DNA of 64,000 nucleotides, taken from NCBI GenBank assembly GCA_963849615.1, contig CAWKIC010000010.1, forward strand, positions 13,396 through 77,395, written 5' to 3'. Below are positions 8,763 to 18,417 of the stretch, piece by piece. A program made the translations under genes and the position numbers. Below the pieces are notes generated by a model. That model made no database searches, was not told where the DNA came from, and saw nothing but the letters and a program-made list of their open reading frames with translations. The DNA comes from an uncultured Bacteroidales bacterium (GTDB lineage Bacteria > Bacteroidota > Bacteroidia > Bacteroidales > VadinHA17). How positions within the stretch are numbered: the first letter of the stretch is position 1; each line of letters opens with the position of its first letter.

Positions 8763-10052
8763 TCAGAAATGAAAATCGTTTGAACTGAACCTTGGATTTA
8801 CAATGTTGTTGTAAATTGATCCGAAGGTGTATGTAATTTCAATCCCCCCTTCAATCCGGTATTTCGTTGCAAGCTCCCTTAACTGCAATAATCTTTCTGC
8901 TTCTGATATGCCACCCCGTCTTAAGATTCAGCTGATCATTGAGATGAGCCACTCCTCCGTTGAGCTGAAGTGATAATCCCTTAAATATTCTGATATTGAC
9001 TGAAGCGTTAAGTTCAATCCTGTTTTTCGAGAAATCATGAAAATAGTTCGACCCTATCAGCAGGAGATTTATCGATCCCCATTTCTTCTGGACCTGAAAA
9101 GCCACATTAAGCATTTGAAGGTAAAGATTCTCCTTTCGACTTATTGTAAATTGTCGAATCAATATAATTATTGAACTGATAACCGGCGCTGTACAAAATT
9201 CTTAACTGCCTGTGCGTGGCTTCAGAATAAGGGTAAATATCATACTCAACCGATGGCAGTATCTCCGTTAAAAATCCGTAGTTTTCGCGGGTTGAAGAGC
9301 CGATCCTCCATTTCGCACCAACGGACCAGTGTTCGCCAATGCTTTTCACAAAAAGATTGTCAATTGATGTGGCACTTGTAATGTAGGTACTGGAGATGAC
9401 TGAATCAGTATTTACATTTTCAATGAATTTCTCACGGTTATAAAACTGGTCAATTTCTATTTCCAGCTTTATATCGGGAGTGATCTTCGTAATATTAAGG
9501 GAATTTCTTAATTCAAGTTGTCTCTGGGTTTCTTCTGCTTCAAATTGAGGTTCTGTAGAAATTTCAAAGACCCAGTTGTTCCATCTGTCTATCACTTCTT
9601 CTTCTTCCAGGTCAATATTATGGGTAATATCAATAACGTTGAACAAAGGGGTTCTGGCTACAAAACGCATTAAGCCAATCTTCAGCATATTGGTACTCTT
9701 TTCCCTTACGATGGTGTTTGTCTGGTCAGGACTGCTGGTATAAGTAAGAGTATCATTCATACCTTTGAACCTCCCCAGTCCCTGAAATGTAAAGGTTAAT
9801 TGTTCACCTCCACTTCCGGCATCCTGTTGGGTAACAAGTATATAGACTTCAGCTTCGCGGGTATCCCTTACATAATTAATATAGGGATCTCCTGCCTTAT
9901 GTAGTTCATATCGCAGTCTTCCCAGTCGAGAAAGATCTTTACAGCATCTTTTCTTAAGGTATCACTTTGAATAATCTTCTCTGGGAGAGCAAGACCCGTG
10001 GAGATATGATAGGCAAGAAGAGGAAAAAAAATCTGATAATATATCTATCCAT
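8763..10052 (-). pseudogene. outer-membrane beta-barrel protein, decayed paralog of 16378-17658 (at least 4 frame disruptions)
   Basis: It is colinear with the intact paralog: signal peptide, YINYVRDT.., GLMRFVARTPL, EYDIYPYSEATHRQLRILY, IDSTIYNK, and C-terminal TFGSIYNNIVNPRF. These segments are spread over several frames. Confidence 0.75.
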
Positions 10053-10299
10053 AAAGGGTTTGCTTTAAAATTTAATAAGTCCTTCTTCGGGATGAGGGAA
10101 TGAAGGTTTCAATAAACCTCCGGCAGGTAACAAATATCTGAATTTAATCCGTAAGAAAATAATTGCTAAAAAAGATCCAAAGTAAATTAATGTTTTTTAA
10201 CACCTCCCGATGCCATAGTAGCCGATCTCGGACTTATCCACGACGCTCTGTAAAGTGCGCCCGCATAATATTCCAACATCCGAAAAAAGATAACTGACC

Positions 10300-11171
10300 T
10301 TACAAAAACCTGGGGAACAAAGAAGAAAGCAATCCAATGAGGGCCATTACCGCTCCTGAAATTATGTTATTTAAAACAAGAAACAGCTGACCCAGAATCC
10401 TTTGAGACCCTGTCAGATGCCGTGAAACATAAAGATGAAGGGAAATTTTAACTTCCGTTTTGGTAATTGAGGTTGTATTGATGTTAACCCTTGAACTGCC
10501 TCCATGGTTGTGCTCTATTGTTATATCCCGGGCAAATGCAATCTTTCCACCTCTTTCCGCCACTCTTTTACAAAGGTCTACATCCTCATAATACATCCAG
10601 AAGCCTTCATAAAAACCTTCAAGCTGCAGGAACAATTTGTTGCTGATCAATATCACTGATCCTGAAATCCAGTCAGGGAAAGTTACATTTACTGCAGTAG
10701 CGCTGTTCCCTTCTTTCTTCTTTAAGAGTTGCATTACACTTCTCTGAAATCCCGTGAGACTCAGGATTGTGGGAAAATCGCCGGTAGCCCTGGATTCTCT
10801 TCCATTTTCAGTTACCTGTCTGCATGAGATAAGGCTGTATCCGGGATTTGAACGGGCGAGGACCAAAAGTTTTTCAATTTCAGCTTCAATCACAACAGTA
10901 TCCGGATTCAGGAACAGGATGTACTCACCTTTTGCCGATTTGCTTCCAAGATTATTTCCGTTTGCAAATCCTCCGTTAACCACATTATGAATAAACTGAA
11001 AACCAGTATACTTTTTCTCAATTACGGAAATATATCCGTCCCCTGGTTATTGTCAACCACAATAATCTCAAATTTGAACCTGTTTCCCGTAAACCGGTTC
11101 AGCGAGTCAAGGCATTTATCAAGTCTGTCCCAGCCTTTATAGCAAACGATAATTATTGAGATATCTGTCAT
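10300..11171 (-). CDS. family 2 glycosyltransferase (one frame disruption near 11040)
   Basis: MTDISIIIVCYKGWD..IIVVDNNQ is followed in another frame by GFANGNN..ILFLNPDT..YYEDVDLCKR. Confidence 0.8.
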
Positions 11172-11182
11172 AATAATATCCC

Positions 11183-11912
11183 TTAACTTCTAATGTGATC
11201 CCCCTCTCTCCCTCTCCCCGCTTCCCCCTCTCTCCCCCTCTCTCTTACCCACCTTCTCCATTCTCCCCCTCCCCCTTTCTCTTCCTCAAAACTCTCCTCC
11301 ATCCACTCATAAACCGGTTCCTGAGGCCCTTCCTTCCTGTACCATATTGCAAGGATGATCCCTGAAGCGAATCCCAGCATATGCGATTCCCACGAAACAT
11401 TCTTATAGATATCCGGGAAGATACCCCAAACCATTGACCCGTAAAGAAACACAATCAATAGTGACAATGCAATAAGTCTGAAGTACCTCCTTATGATTCC
11501 GCTGAAGAAGAGAAATGATGCCAGTCCGTAAACAAGGCCGCTTGCCCCGATATGCCATGCATCCCTCCCGGCCAGCCAGACGAATAATCCGGTCAGGAAC
11601 CAGGTCCATGCTGTTATCTTCATGGCAATTTCAGAATAGAAATAAAATAGCGCTGTCGCAAGGAAAAATAGCGGGATTGAATTGTTGAACAGATGCCTGA
11701 AATCCGAATGGATGAAGGGAGAAAATAATATTCCCGGGAACCCCCTTCGCCGTTAAAGGATAAATTCCAAATCCGGTGAGGTTAAGATCAAACAGCACTT
11801 CAATGATTCTGACAAGCCACATCAGGACTAGAAGCATCGCAGGAATAAATATACTCAGCAGTAATTTCTTACGGTAGAAGGCACCTTCGTCCATTATATC
11901 AGCATTAGCCAT
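11183..11912 (-). CDS. rhomboid-family intramembrane serine protease (one frame disruption near 11760)
   Basis: Catalytic GASGLVYGL and a downstream His (SWESHMLGFASG) are present, with multiple TM segments. The C-terminal tail (EEKGGGGEWRRW..) is translated from a CT-rich low-complexity tract. Confidence 0.75.
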
Positions 11913-11923
11913 TTTTTTACCAG

Positions 11924-12011
11924 TCTCTCCCTCTCTTTCTCGCTCCCCGCTCCCACTCTCGCTCTCTCTCCCTCTCCCACTCCCGCCCTTCTCTCGCTCT
12001 CACTCTCGCTC
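11924..12011 (+). repeat. polypyrimidine (CTCTCN) low-complexity tract
   Basis: About 88 nt are almost entirely C/T on the + strand (ctctccctctctttctcgctccccgctcccactctcgctctc...). Similar tracts occur at 757-786, 11199-11310 and 54347-54392. Confidence 0.85.
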
Positions 12012-13022
12012 TCACTTCCTGCCGTCCTGCGGGAAAACTATCCCTGCCTCACTTCTTATCCTGTCAAGAGTGTTTATAAGGTCACGGCTGAATGAGAGAG
12101 GAACAACGGGGCTTTCCGTTTTTCCTTCATTGAGGCATTTCATAACCTCTTCAGCTTCCCAGTGATAACCCAACGCAGGAGGGCTGAAAACTAAAGTTTC
12201 CGGTTCCCTGCCATTCACGCTGCAAATTACCCGCTGGTTCATATCCCGTCCGCGTGAGACAGTCAAAGTTCCCTTTTCGCAGATTATATCGCATCCGATG
12301 CCGGTGTTGGTAATGAACGAACTATAAATGGTAGCCATTTGTCCGCCGTTATACTTGAGAATGGCATTTATTGACTCTTCGGAGCCTGTTTCACAAAATG
12401 TGGCAATTGCCTTAACTTCTACGGGTACACCCAGAAAGGTAAGCGCATCGATCACGGGATATATGCCTATATCAAGCAGCGAGCCACCTCCGAGTGCGAT
12501 ATTGAATTTACGGTCGTGGGGGTCAAAAGGTGGGATGAAAGAGAAATAAGCGTGCAGATGTACAATTCTCCCCAGCTCTCCTGATTCAAGGATTTCTGAT
12601 GCCTTTTTATAATAAGGTTGGAAAGGAGGCCATAGAGCTTCCATAAGAAATACTTTTTGCCGCTTCGATTCGGCGATCATATCTTCAACCTGTTGACTGT
12701 TCAGGGCGAAAGCTTTTTCGCAGATAACAGCCTTCCTGTTCTGCAGACATAATAATGTCTGATCATGGTGATGTGAATGGGGCGAGGCAATGTAAATTAT
12801 GTCAACTTCCGGGTCAGCAGCAAGCTCGTTGTAGCTGCCATAATACCTGATGAAGCCGAAATCGCCTGCGAATTTTTCAGCCTTTTTAATGTCACTCGAT
12901 CCGACAGCATAAAGCTCAGCATCATCCACGAGTTTTAAGCCTGCGGCAAATTTGGCGGCGATCCTGCCCGGGGCAAGGATGCCCCATTTATATCGTTTTT
13001 TCATAGCTGGAATTGTTTGCAT
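12012..13022 (-). CDS. Gfo/Idh/MocA-family oxidoreductase
   Basis: Intact 336-aa ORF with an N-terminal Rossmann segment (WGILAPGRIAAKF) and the CEKAF (EKP-like) motif. Confidence 0.85.
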   Translation of the reverse strand: MQTIPAMKKRYKWGILAPGRIAAKFAAGLKLVDDAELYAVGSSDIKKAEKFAGDFGFIRYYGSYNELAADPEVDIIYIASPHSHHHDQTLLCLQNRKAVICEKAFALNSQQVEDMIAESKRQKVFLMEALWPPFQPYYKKASEILESGELGRIVHLHAYFSFIPPFDPHDRKFNIALGGGSLLDIGIYPVIDALTFLGVPVEVKAIATFCETGSEESINAILKYNGGQMATIYSSFITNTGIGCDIICEKGTLTVSRGRDMNQRVICSVNGREPETLVFSPPALGYHWEAEEVMKCLNEGKTESPVVPLSFSRDLINTLDRIRSEAGIVFPQDGRK

Positions 13023-13534
13023 AAATATAGATAATCACTTCGCGATGGAAAACCCTTAGAAGGAATTGGTAATGGTGAAAACGGAATGCAATGATCTTCC
13101 TTACCATAAGGTTCTGATTCCGAGTATTTTCGCAATATTTTATGCGAAATATATCGCAACAGATCGACCGAAGGAAAGGGGCTCTGATCCATCCTGGTGT
13201 CCGGAGGCCAGAAGCTGACTTTATGTTCTGCCTCTGAAAGAGGCCTTTGTCCCTTGACTGTCCCGGAACGGGACAAAATTGAATAACCCCCGGCGAAACC
13301 GGGGGTCGAGGTCTCCTCTTGTTTTGTAAGCTCTGAAGGAGCTTAATATGAGGCTTGGGGAGGGACCAGGTTGGAGATCCTGATGGCTTAATTCCGTATT
13401 CATCTATTCTGGCAATGTTGTCAATCTGTTTAATTTATATTAAACATTATAAAAAATTGCAATTATATATACCGTTAATATTCAGCCTTTTACAATTTAT
13501 TTTTAAAAATACTGAAATTATTTTGGTACTAGGT

Positions 13535-13567
13535 ATTGCATAGTATAAATATTTTTATATATCTTTG
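13535..13567 (+). promoter_or_regulatory. candidate Bacteroidota sigma-A promoter (TTG .. TATCTTTG)
   Basis: TATCTTTG at 13560-13567 matches the -7 consensus TAnnTTTG. It sits about 50 nt upstream of the 13616 start in an AT-rich region, with a weak -33 (TTGC near 13535). Confidence 0.3.
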
Positions 13568-13615
13568 CAATGTAATGATGTATATATTTTATAGTAGTAA
13601 ATAATTTATGGTTCT

Positions 13616-14208
13616 ATGAAAATAACAGTAAGCATTAATCTCGGAGGTTATTCCTTCAACATCGACGAAGATGCCTATGCCGAACTTAAAAGGTACCTGA
13701 AGAATCTTGAGATCCATTTTGCAGGAGAAGAGAGCTCTTCTGAAATACTTTCGGATATTGAGGCAAGGATGTCGGAGCTCCTTCGTGGCAAGGCTGAGCG
13801 GCTACAAGCAGGTCATAACAATTGAAGATGTTCGTGAAGTCATTCCCATCATGGGAAATCCCGAAGACATTTCCGACAATGAAGGGACCTTCACCCAAAG
13901 AAAAGTTTTCAACTCCCGGTACCCACCGTATGTACCGCGATCCCGACAAGAGGATCATCGGTGGTGTTTGTTCAGGTATGGGTGCTTACTGGGACCTCGA
14001 ACCCTGGATAGTACGTGTGATCTTCGTGGCGCTGGCGTTAGCAGGCGGACTCGGTATCCTGGTCTATCTCATTCTATATGTAGTTCTTCCCGAAGCTAAA
14101 ACCACTGCCCAGAAGATTGAGATGAAAGGTGATCCGGTAAATATTCACAATATCACTCAATCGGTTAAAAAGGAATTTGACACCGTCAGAAAGAATATGA
14201 AACTGTAG
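13616..14208 (+). CDS. PspC-domain membrane protein, short paralog (2 frame disruptions)
   Basis: The N-terminus MKITVSINLGGYSFNIDEDAYAELKRYL parallels 14614-16209. The PspC core IIGGVCSGMGAYWDLEPWIVRVIF lies in a third frame. Confidence 0.75.
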
Positions 14209-14256
14209 GTTTAAAACAAACATTGAATTACGTAAAAACTTTAAAAATCAAAAGAT

Positions 14257-14583
14257 ATGGATTTGGAAAATACAAAAGCACAGATGCGTAAGGGGATTCT
14301 TGAATACTGTATTCTATCGGTACTATCGAGGAATTCCTGCTATGCAAGCGATATTATAAAGGAACTAAAGGAAGCAAAGGTCATTGTGGTTGAAGGAACC
14401 CTTTATCCTCTGCTTACAAGGCAGAAAAATGCAGGGCTTCTAAGCTACCGCTGGGAAGAGTCACAGCAGGGTCCGCCCAGAAAATACTATGAACTGACAC
14501 CTGATGGGCAAACCTATCTTACCGATCTTGATAAATCGTGGGATGAACTTGTAGAGTCAGTTAACCTCATCAGAACTAAGTAA
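14257..14583 (+). CDS. PadR-family transcriptional regulator
   Basis: 108 aa with the winged-helix segment GTLYPLLTRQKNAGLLSYRWEE typical of PadR. It sits between two PspC genes. Confidence 0.85.
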   Translation: MDLENTKAQMRKGILEYCILSVLSRNSCYASDIIKELKEAKVIVVEGTLYPLLTRQKNAGLLSYRWEESQQGPPRKYYELTPDGQTYLTDLDKSWDELVESVNLIRTK

Positions 14584-14613
14584 CAGTAATCTAACCATTA
14601 AATCTTTTAAAAG

Positions 14614-16209
14614 ATGGACAAAACAATAAAAATAAATCTTGGCGGCACACTGTTCCAGATTGATGAGGAAGCATATAAACTGTTGCGCAAGTATTTACAC
14701 GAAATCGATGCAAGGTTAAAGTACACCCAGGGCGGAGCTGAAACAATCGAGGACATAGAATCGCGCATTGCTGAAATATTCCAGTCTCAAAAGGGGCTTG
14801 CCGGGGTAATAACGCGGGATAACGTTGAGGCTATGATCTCATTGATCGGAAAGCCTGAAGATTTCGATGTATCGGGTGAAGGCGGGGAGGAGAGAGAACC
14901 TTCATATCACGCATCGATACCCAAAAAGCTGTACAGGAATCCGGATGATACAATAGTAAGCGGGGTATGCGGAGGCATAGGTGCTTATCTGAATGTTGAA
15001 TCTGTCTGGATCAGGATATTGTTCATCCTGTTCACCTGCTTTTTTGGCATCGGCATTTTAGTTTATATTGCTCTGTGGATAGCACTTCCGTTTGCCCATT
15101 CAGATGCCCAGAAAAGGGAGATGTACGGCACAAGCAATATAAATACGATATCACGGAGAAAGAACCATTACGCAAATTACAGCGGTGCTTCCGGCTCTGT
15201 CCCGGCCGGTTCGCCTGCCGGAAACGCTTTTAACGAGGTTTTCAGGGCCATTGGAAAGGTCTTTTATATCATCTTAAGGATCTTCCTGATAATTATCGGG
15301 GTAACCTTTGTCGTAACCGGATTTATTACGCTGTTTTCCTTCATAATGGTCATCTTCTTTAAATACCCTGGTTACTTTTCAACAGACTCCTTCGGTGTCA
15401 GCATCTTTTATCTGCCTGATTTTCTGAATTATGTCGTTAATCCCGGTATTGCACCATGGATTCTCATCCTTACATTTTTAGTCGTTCTGATGCCGCTCCT
15501 CGCACTTATCTACTGGGGTGTCAAGATGATATTCTGGTTTAAGGCAAGAGACGGTGTCGTTGCACTTATCGGCCTGGTGATATGGGTCATCAGTGTCGCC
15601 GCCCTTTCATTGATACTCGTTAATGAAGGCATCAGCTTTGCTGAGAGTGCAAAAACCGTCTCAGGCGAAGTAATTGAAAAGGCGCCTGTCGAGCTTTATA
15701 TCTACAGCGGCAAAAAAGTCTCGGATCTAAACTTTGACAAGGAGATTTCAACACCTGAAGATGGATATAACATCTACTTCATTGATGGAAATAAAGGTCT
15801 TTACATCACCACCAATCTGTCTGTCAATAATGCAGACGACAATTCGCTGAAGTTAAATGTAAGAAAACGTTCTGCCGGACGGAGCAGACCTGATGCCACA
15901 AGAAAGGCTGAAGGGCTGGCATACAACTATAAGATCTCGGGAGATACTATTTACCTTGATGAATACTTTACTGTTCCTGCGGGTAATAAATGGTCATTTG
16001 ATAACGTGGGGGTTAACCTTTATATTCCTGATGGTACCATTGTACATTTTGATGAAACAACTTTTGATATGTTGCATCGCCATCATGACGGGAACAGGAA
16101 TTGGGATTGGAATTGGGATTCGGATTCAGAAAATGTCACCCGACATGATGCCGGAGAACAATGGGAAATGACTGAGAACGGGTTAAAACCCGTCGGCCAG
16201 GATAACTAA
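14614..16209 (+). CDS. PspC-domain membrane protein (long form)
   Basis: Intact 531 aa. The PspC core IVSGVCGGIGAYLNVESVWIRILF is followed by several TM helices and a soluble C-terminal domain. Confidence 0.85.
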   Translation: MDKTIKINLGGTLFQIDEEAYKLLRKYLHEIDARLKYTQGGAETIEDIESRIAEIFQSQKGLAGVITRDNVEAMISLIGKPEDFDVSGEGGEEREPSYHASIPKKLYRNPDDTIVSGVCGGIGAYLNVESVWIRILFILFTCFFGIGILVYIALWIALPFAHSDAQKREMYGTSNINTISRRKNHYANYSGASGSVPAGSPAGNAFNEVFRAIGKVFYIILRIFLIIIGVTFVVTGFITLFSFIMVIFFKYPGYFSTDSFGVSIFYLPDFLNYVVNPGIAPWILILTFLVVLMPLLALIYWGVKMIFWFKARDGVVALIGLVIWVISVAALSLILVNEGISFAESAKTVSGEVIEKAPVELYIYSGKKVSDLNFDKEISTPEDGYNIYFIDGNKGLYITTNLSVNNADDNSLKLNVRKRSAGRSRPDATRKAEGLAYNYKISGDTIYLDEYFTVPAGNKWSFDNVGVNLYIPDGTIVHFDETTFDMLHRHHDGNRNWDWNWDSDSENVTRHDAGEQWEMTENGLKPVGQDN

Positions 16210-16248
16210 ATAATTGCTTGTTTTTCATTCCTTGTATTTTCATGACTT

Positions 16249-16281
16249 CCGGCACCGGGGAAACCCGGTGCCGGCTTTTTT
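16249..16281 (+). terminator. rho-independent terminator
   Basis: The GC hairpin ccggcaccgggg-aaa-ccccggtgccgg is followed by cttttttt, 40 nt after the 16209 stop. Confidence 0.8.
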
Positions 16282-16377
16282 AAAAGTTAATGATTTGTTA
16301 AACCCATAAAATCCGGCTCCCGGATTAATTTGTTTGTCTAATTTGGCAGTCGTTTTTAGCAACCGATTAACCAGCAC

Positions 16378-17658
16378 ATGAAAAGATTTTTACTTCCAGT
16401 TTTCTTATTGTTCTCCATACCGGTTTTTTCCCAGGAAACAACTAACCAATCAGATACCCTCAGAAAAGATGCACTGAACATCTTCATGCAGGAGGCAAGC
16501 GATTATATCCGTAAAGAGATCCCGTATGTCAACTATGTCCGTGATATACACGATGCGGATGTATATATTATCCGTGCCTCTCAAAGGACAGGTTCAGGGG
16601 GAGACGAAACTACCTACTTCCTGATCGGGCAGCATGAATATGACGGTATGCTGGATACCTTAACATTTGTTACAACTCCTGATGAGACCACTGAAGGAAG
16701 AAGGGAAAAGGAAGTAGCAACACTCAAAATGGGATTAACACGGTATGTTGCCAGGACACCTCTTGCAAAATACCTGAAAATAACTTTCAGTGAACCCCTA
16801 TCGGAAACTGTTTCAACCGATAAATGGGACAGCTGGGTATTCAAGGGCTCTTTCAACGGTTTTCTCGATGGTCAGAAAACTTATAAATCGAGTTACCTCT
16901 CGGGTAACTTTTCAGGAAACAGGATCACAAAGGACTGGAAAATAAATTTAAGTGCGCGTTACAGTTACAGTCAGGATAAAATCACTATTGAAGACACTAC
17001 AGGTATTACGGAAATATTCAGCTATAATTCTTCAAAGTCATTTAACGGATTGATAGTTAAGAGCATATCTGACCACTGGTCAGTTGGGAGTTCGGTTTTG
17101 ATGGGAGCTTCAAGCTTTAGCAATGAAAAGATCATGACAGGCATCATGCCCGCGGTTGAGTATGATCTGTTTCCCTATTCAGAATCAACCCGGCGGCAGT
17201 TAAGGCTGCTATACAGGATTGGCTTCAACCATGTAAATTATATCGACTCCACTATCTACAATAAGTTAAATGACAATCTCTGGCAACATTCTGTTTCAGC
17301 GGCATATGAGGTAATCCAGAAATGGGGTTCGATCGATCTTAACATGGATTTCAGCAATTACTTCCACGACTGGTCCAAAAACAATCTCTCACTCAGCGGA
17401 TTCATCAACCTGAGGATTACAAAAGGCCTGAATGTAAACTTCGGAGGAGGAGCATCACTTATCCACGACCAGATCGGCCTTGTTAAAGGTGATGTGGCCA
17501 CGGAGGAGATCCTTCTCCGAAGGAAGGAGCTTGCAACACAATACCAGTATTTTACCAGCTTCGGATTAACTTATACTTTCGGTTCAATTTACAACAACGT
17601 CGTTAACCCGCGGTTTGGAAACAGCGGTGGAGGTGGCATGACTATAATTATGAACTGA
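16378..17658 (+). CDS. outer-membrane beta-barrel protein (uncharacterised family)
   Basis: Intact 426 aa with a signal peptide (MKRFLLPVFLLFSIPVFSQ) and alternating amphipathic strands. It is a paralog of 8763-10052. Confidence 0.7.
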   Translation: MKRFLLPVFLLFSIPVFSQETTNQSDTLRKDALNIFMQEASDYIRKEIPYVNYVRDIHDADVYIIRASQRTGSGGDETTYFLIGQHEYDGMLDTLTFVTTPDETTEGRREKEVATLKMGLTRYVARTPLAKYLKITFSEPLSETVSTDKWDSWVFKGSFNGFLDGQKTYKSSYLSGNFSGNRITKDWKINLSARYSYSQDKITIEDTTGITEIFSYNSSKSFNGLIVKSISDHWSVGSSVLMGASSFSNEKIMTGIMPAVEYDLFPYSESTRRQLRLLYRIGFNHVNYIDSTIYNKLNDNLWQHSVSAAYEVIQKWGSIDLNMDFSNYFHDWSKNNLSLSGFINLRITKGLNVNFGGGASLIHDQIGLVKGDVATEEILLRRKELATQYQYFTSFGLTYTFGSIYNNVVNPRFGNSGGGGMTIIMN

Positions 17659-17674
17659 AAAACAGGGAGCCGGT

Positions 17675-18154
17675 TTACTGCATAATAAGCTGACCCCTTA
17701 TTTCTCCTCCGGGATAGGCAGCTGAATGGATGTTCACATAGTACAGGTTTGCATTAAGATCAGCTTCCTGTGCAGCATCAAGAGCAACAGAAGTATAATT
17801 TATCGGTGAAGTTATTGGTGCGGTAAATCCAAAAACCGGATCACCTGAAACACCAACGGCACCTTTATGAATATGTGCGATTGTTGCAGTAACCCCGTTA
17901 AAATATACAACAATGGTGAATATTTTTGTGTTTTTGTTGTAGGTGAGGGTTGCTGTTCCCGTAGCCGTTGAAGCATTTGGAGGAGTTTCACTGGCACCGT
18001 TAAGTGTTGCCTGGAATATTACAGTAGGATCTTCCGATTTCGAGCAGGATTCTGTCGTAAACAATATACCGGACAGCAATAGGATCACTCCGGTCAAATA
18101 ACTCGTTCCCTTTAAATTTAATGGGAACCTGAATTTGTCTATCAGTGTTTTCAT
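17675..18154 (-). CDS. CHRD domain-containing lipoprotein/secreted protein
   Basis: 159 aa. The pattern LNGASETPPN..TGTATLTY..AHIHKGAVGVSG..YVNIHSAAYPGGEIRGQL matches the CHRD domain. Confidence 0.8.
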   Translation of the reverse strand: MKTLIDKFRFPLNLKGTSYLTGVILLLSGILFTTESCSKSEDPTVIFQATLNGASETPPNASTATGTATLTYNKNTKIFTIVVYFNGVTATIAHIHKGAVGVSGDPVFGFTAPITSPINYTSVALDAAQEADLNANLYYVNIHSAAYPGGEIRGQLIMQ

Positions 18155-18417
18155 GGCTTAATTTTTATTAATAATAAAACTTATTAAAACAGGCACCAGA
18201 AACAGAACTTGCTTGTCAACACAATAGATAAACTGAATTAGAAACAGAAAGTAAGATGAATTGTTTCCAAACGTTGAGATTTTATTTTGGAATGATGAAT
18301 TGACTTTATTCTGGAAAACCGATATGCCATGGGAAACCTTAGTATCATTATTTAAGGTTTCCGCTACTTTAAATTCATTTTGTCGTAATTTTATTGTACT
18401 AACTGGTAACGGCTGAT

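Noticed and set aside
11245-11609. ORFs 11245-11454 and 11403-11609 (minus strand), nested in the rhomboid gene.
   Set aside because: These are alternative frames of a gene whose main frame carries the rhomboid catalytic motifs. No independent support exists.
13040-13400. RNase P RNA, tmRNA, SRP RNA, or a cobalamin, TPP or lysine riboswitch.
   Set aside because: The diagnostic cores were not found on either strand by eye. These were GAGGAAAGUCCGG / ACAGAAnCCGGCUUA, the GGGGCUGA 5' end with a tRNA-like CCACCA 3' end, GGUCCGGAAGGAAGCAGC, GCCACUG, and CUGAGA. Only weak partial resemblances exist. I left it as an unassigned candidate.
15893-16171. Alternative-frame ORF with a GIGIGIGI stretch, and a short tandem repeat (aattgggattgg) near 16095-16130.
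   Set aside because: It lies wholly inside the intact PspC-domain gene, where the same DNA encodes NWDWNWDSDS. It is a trivial 12-nt slippage repeat, not a separate gene.
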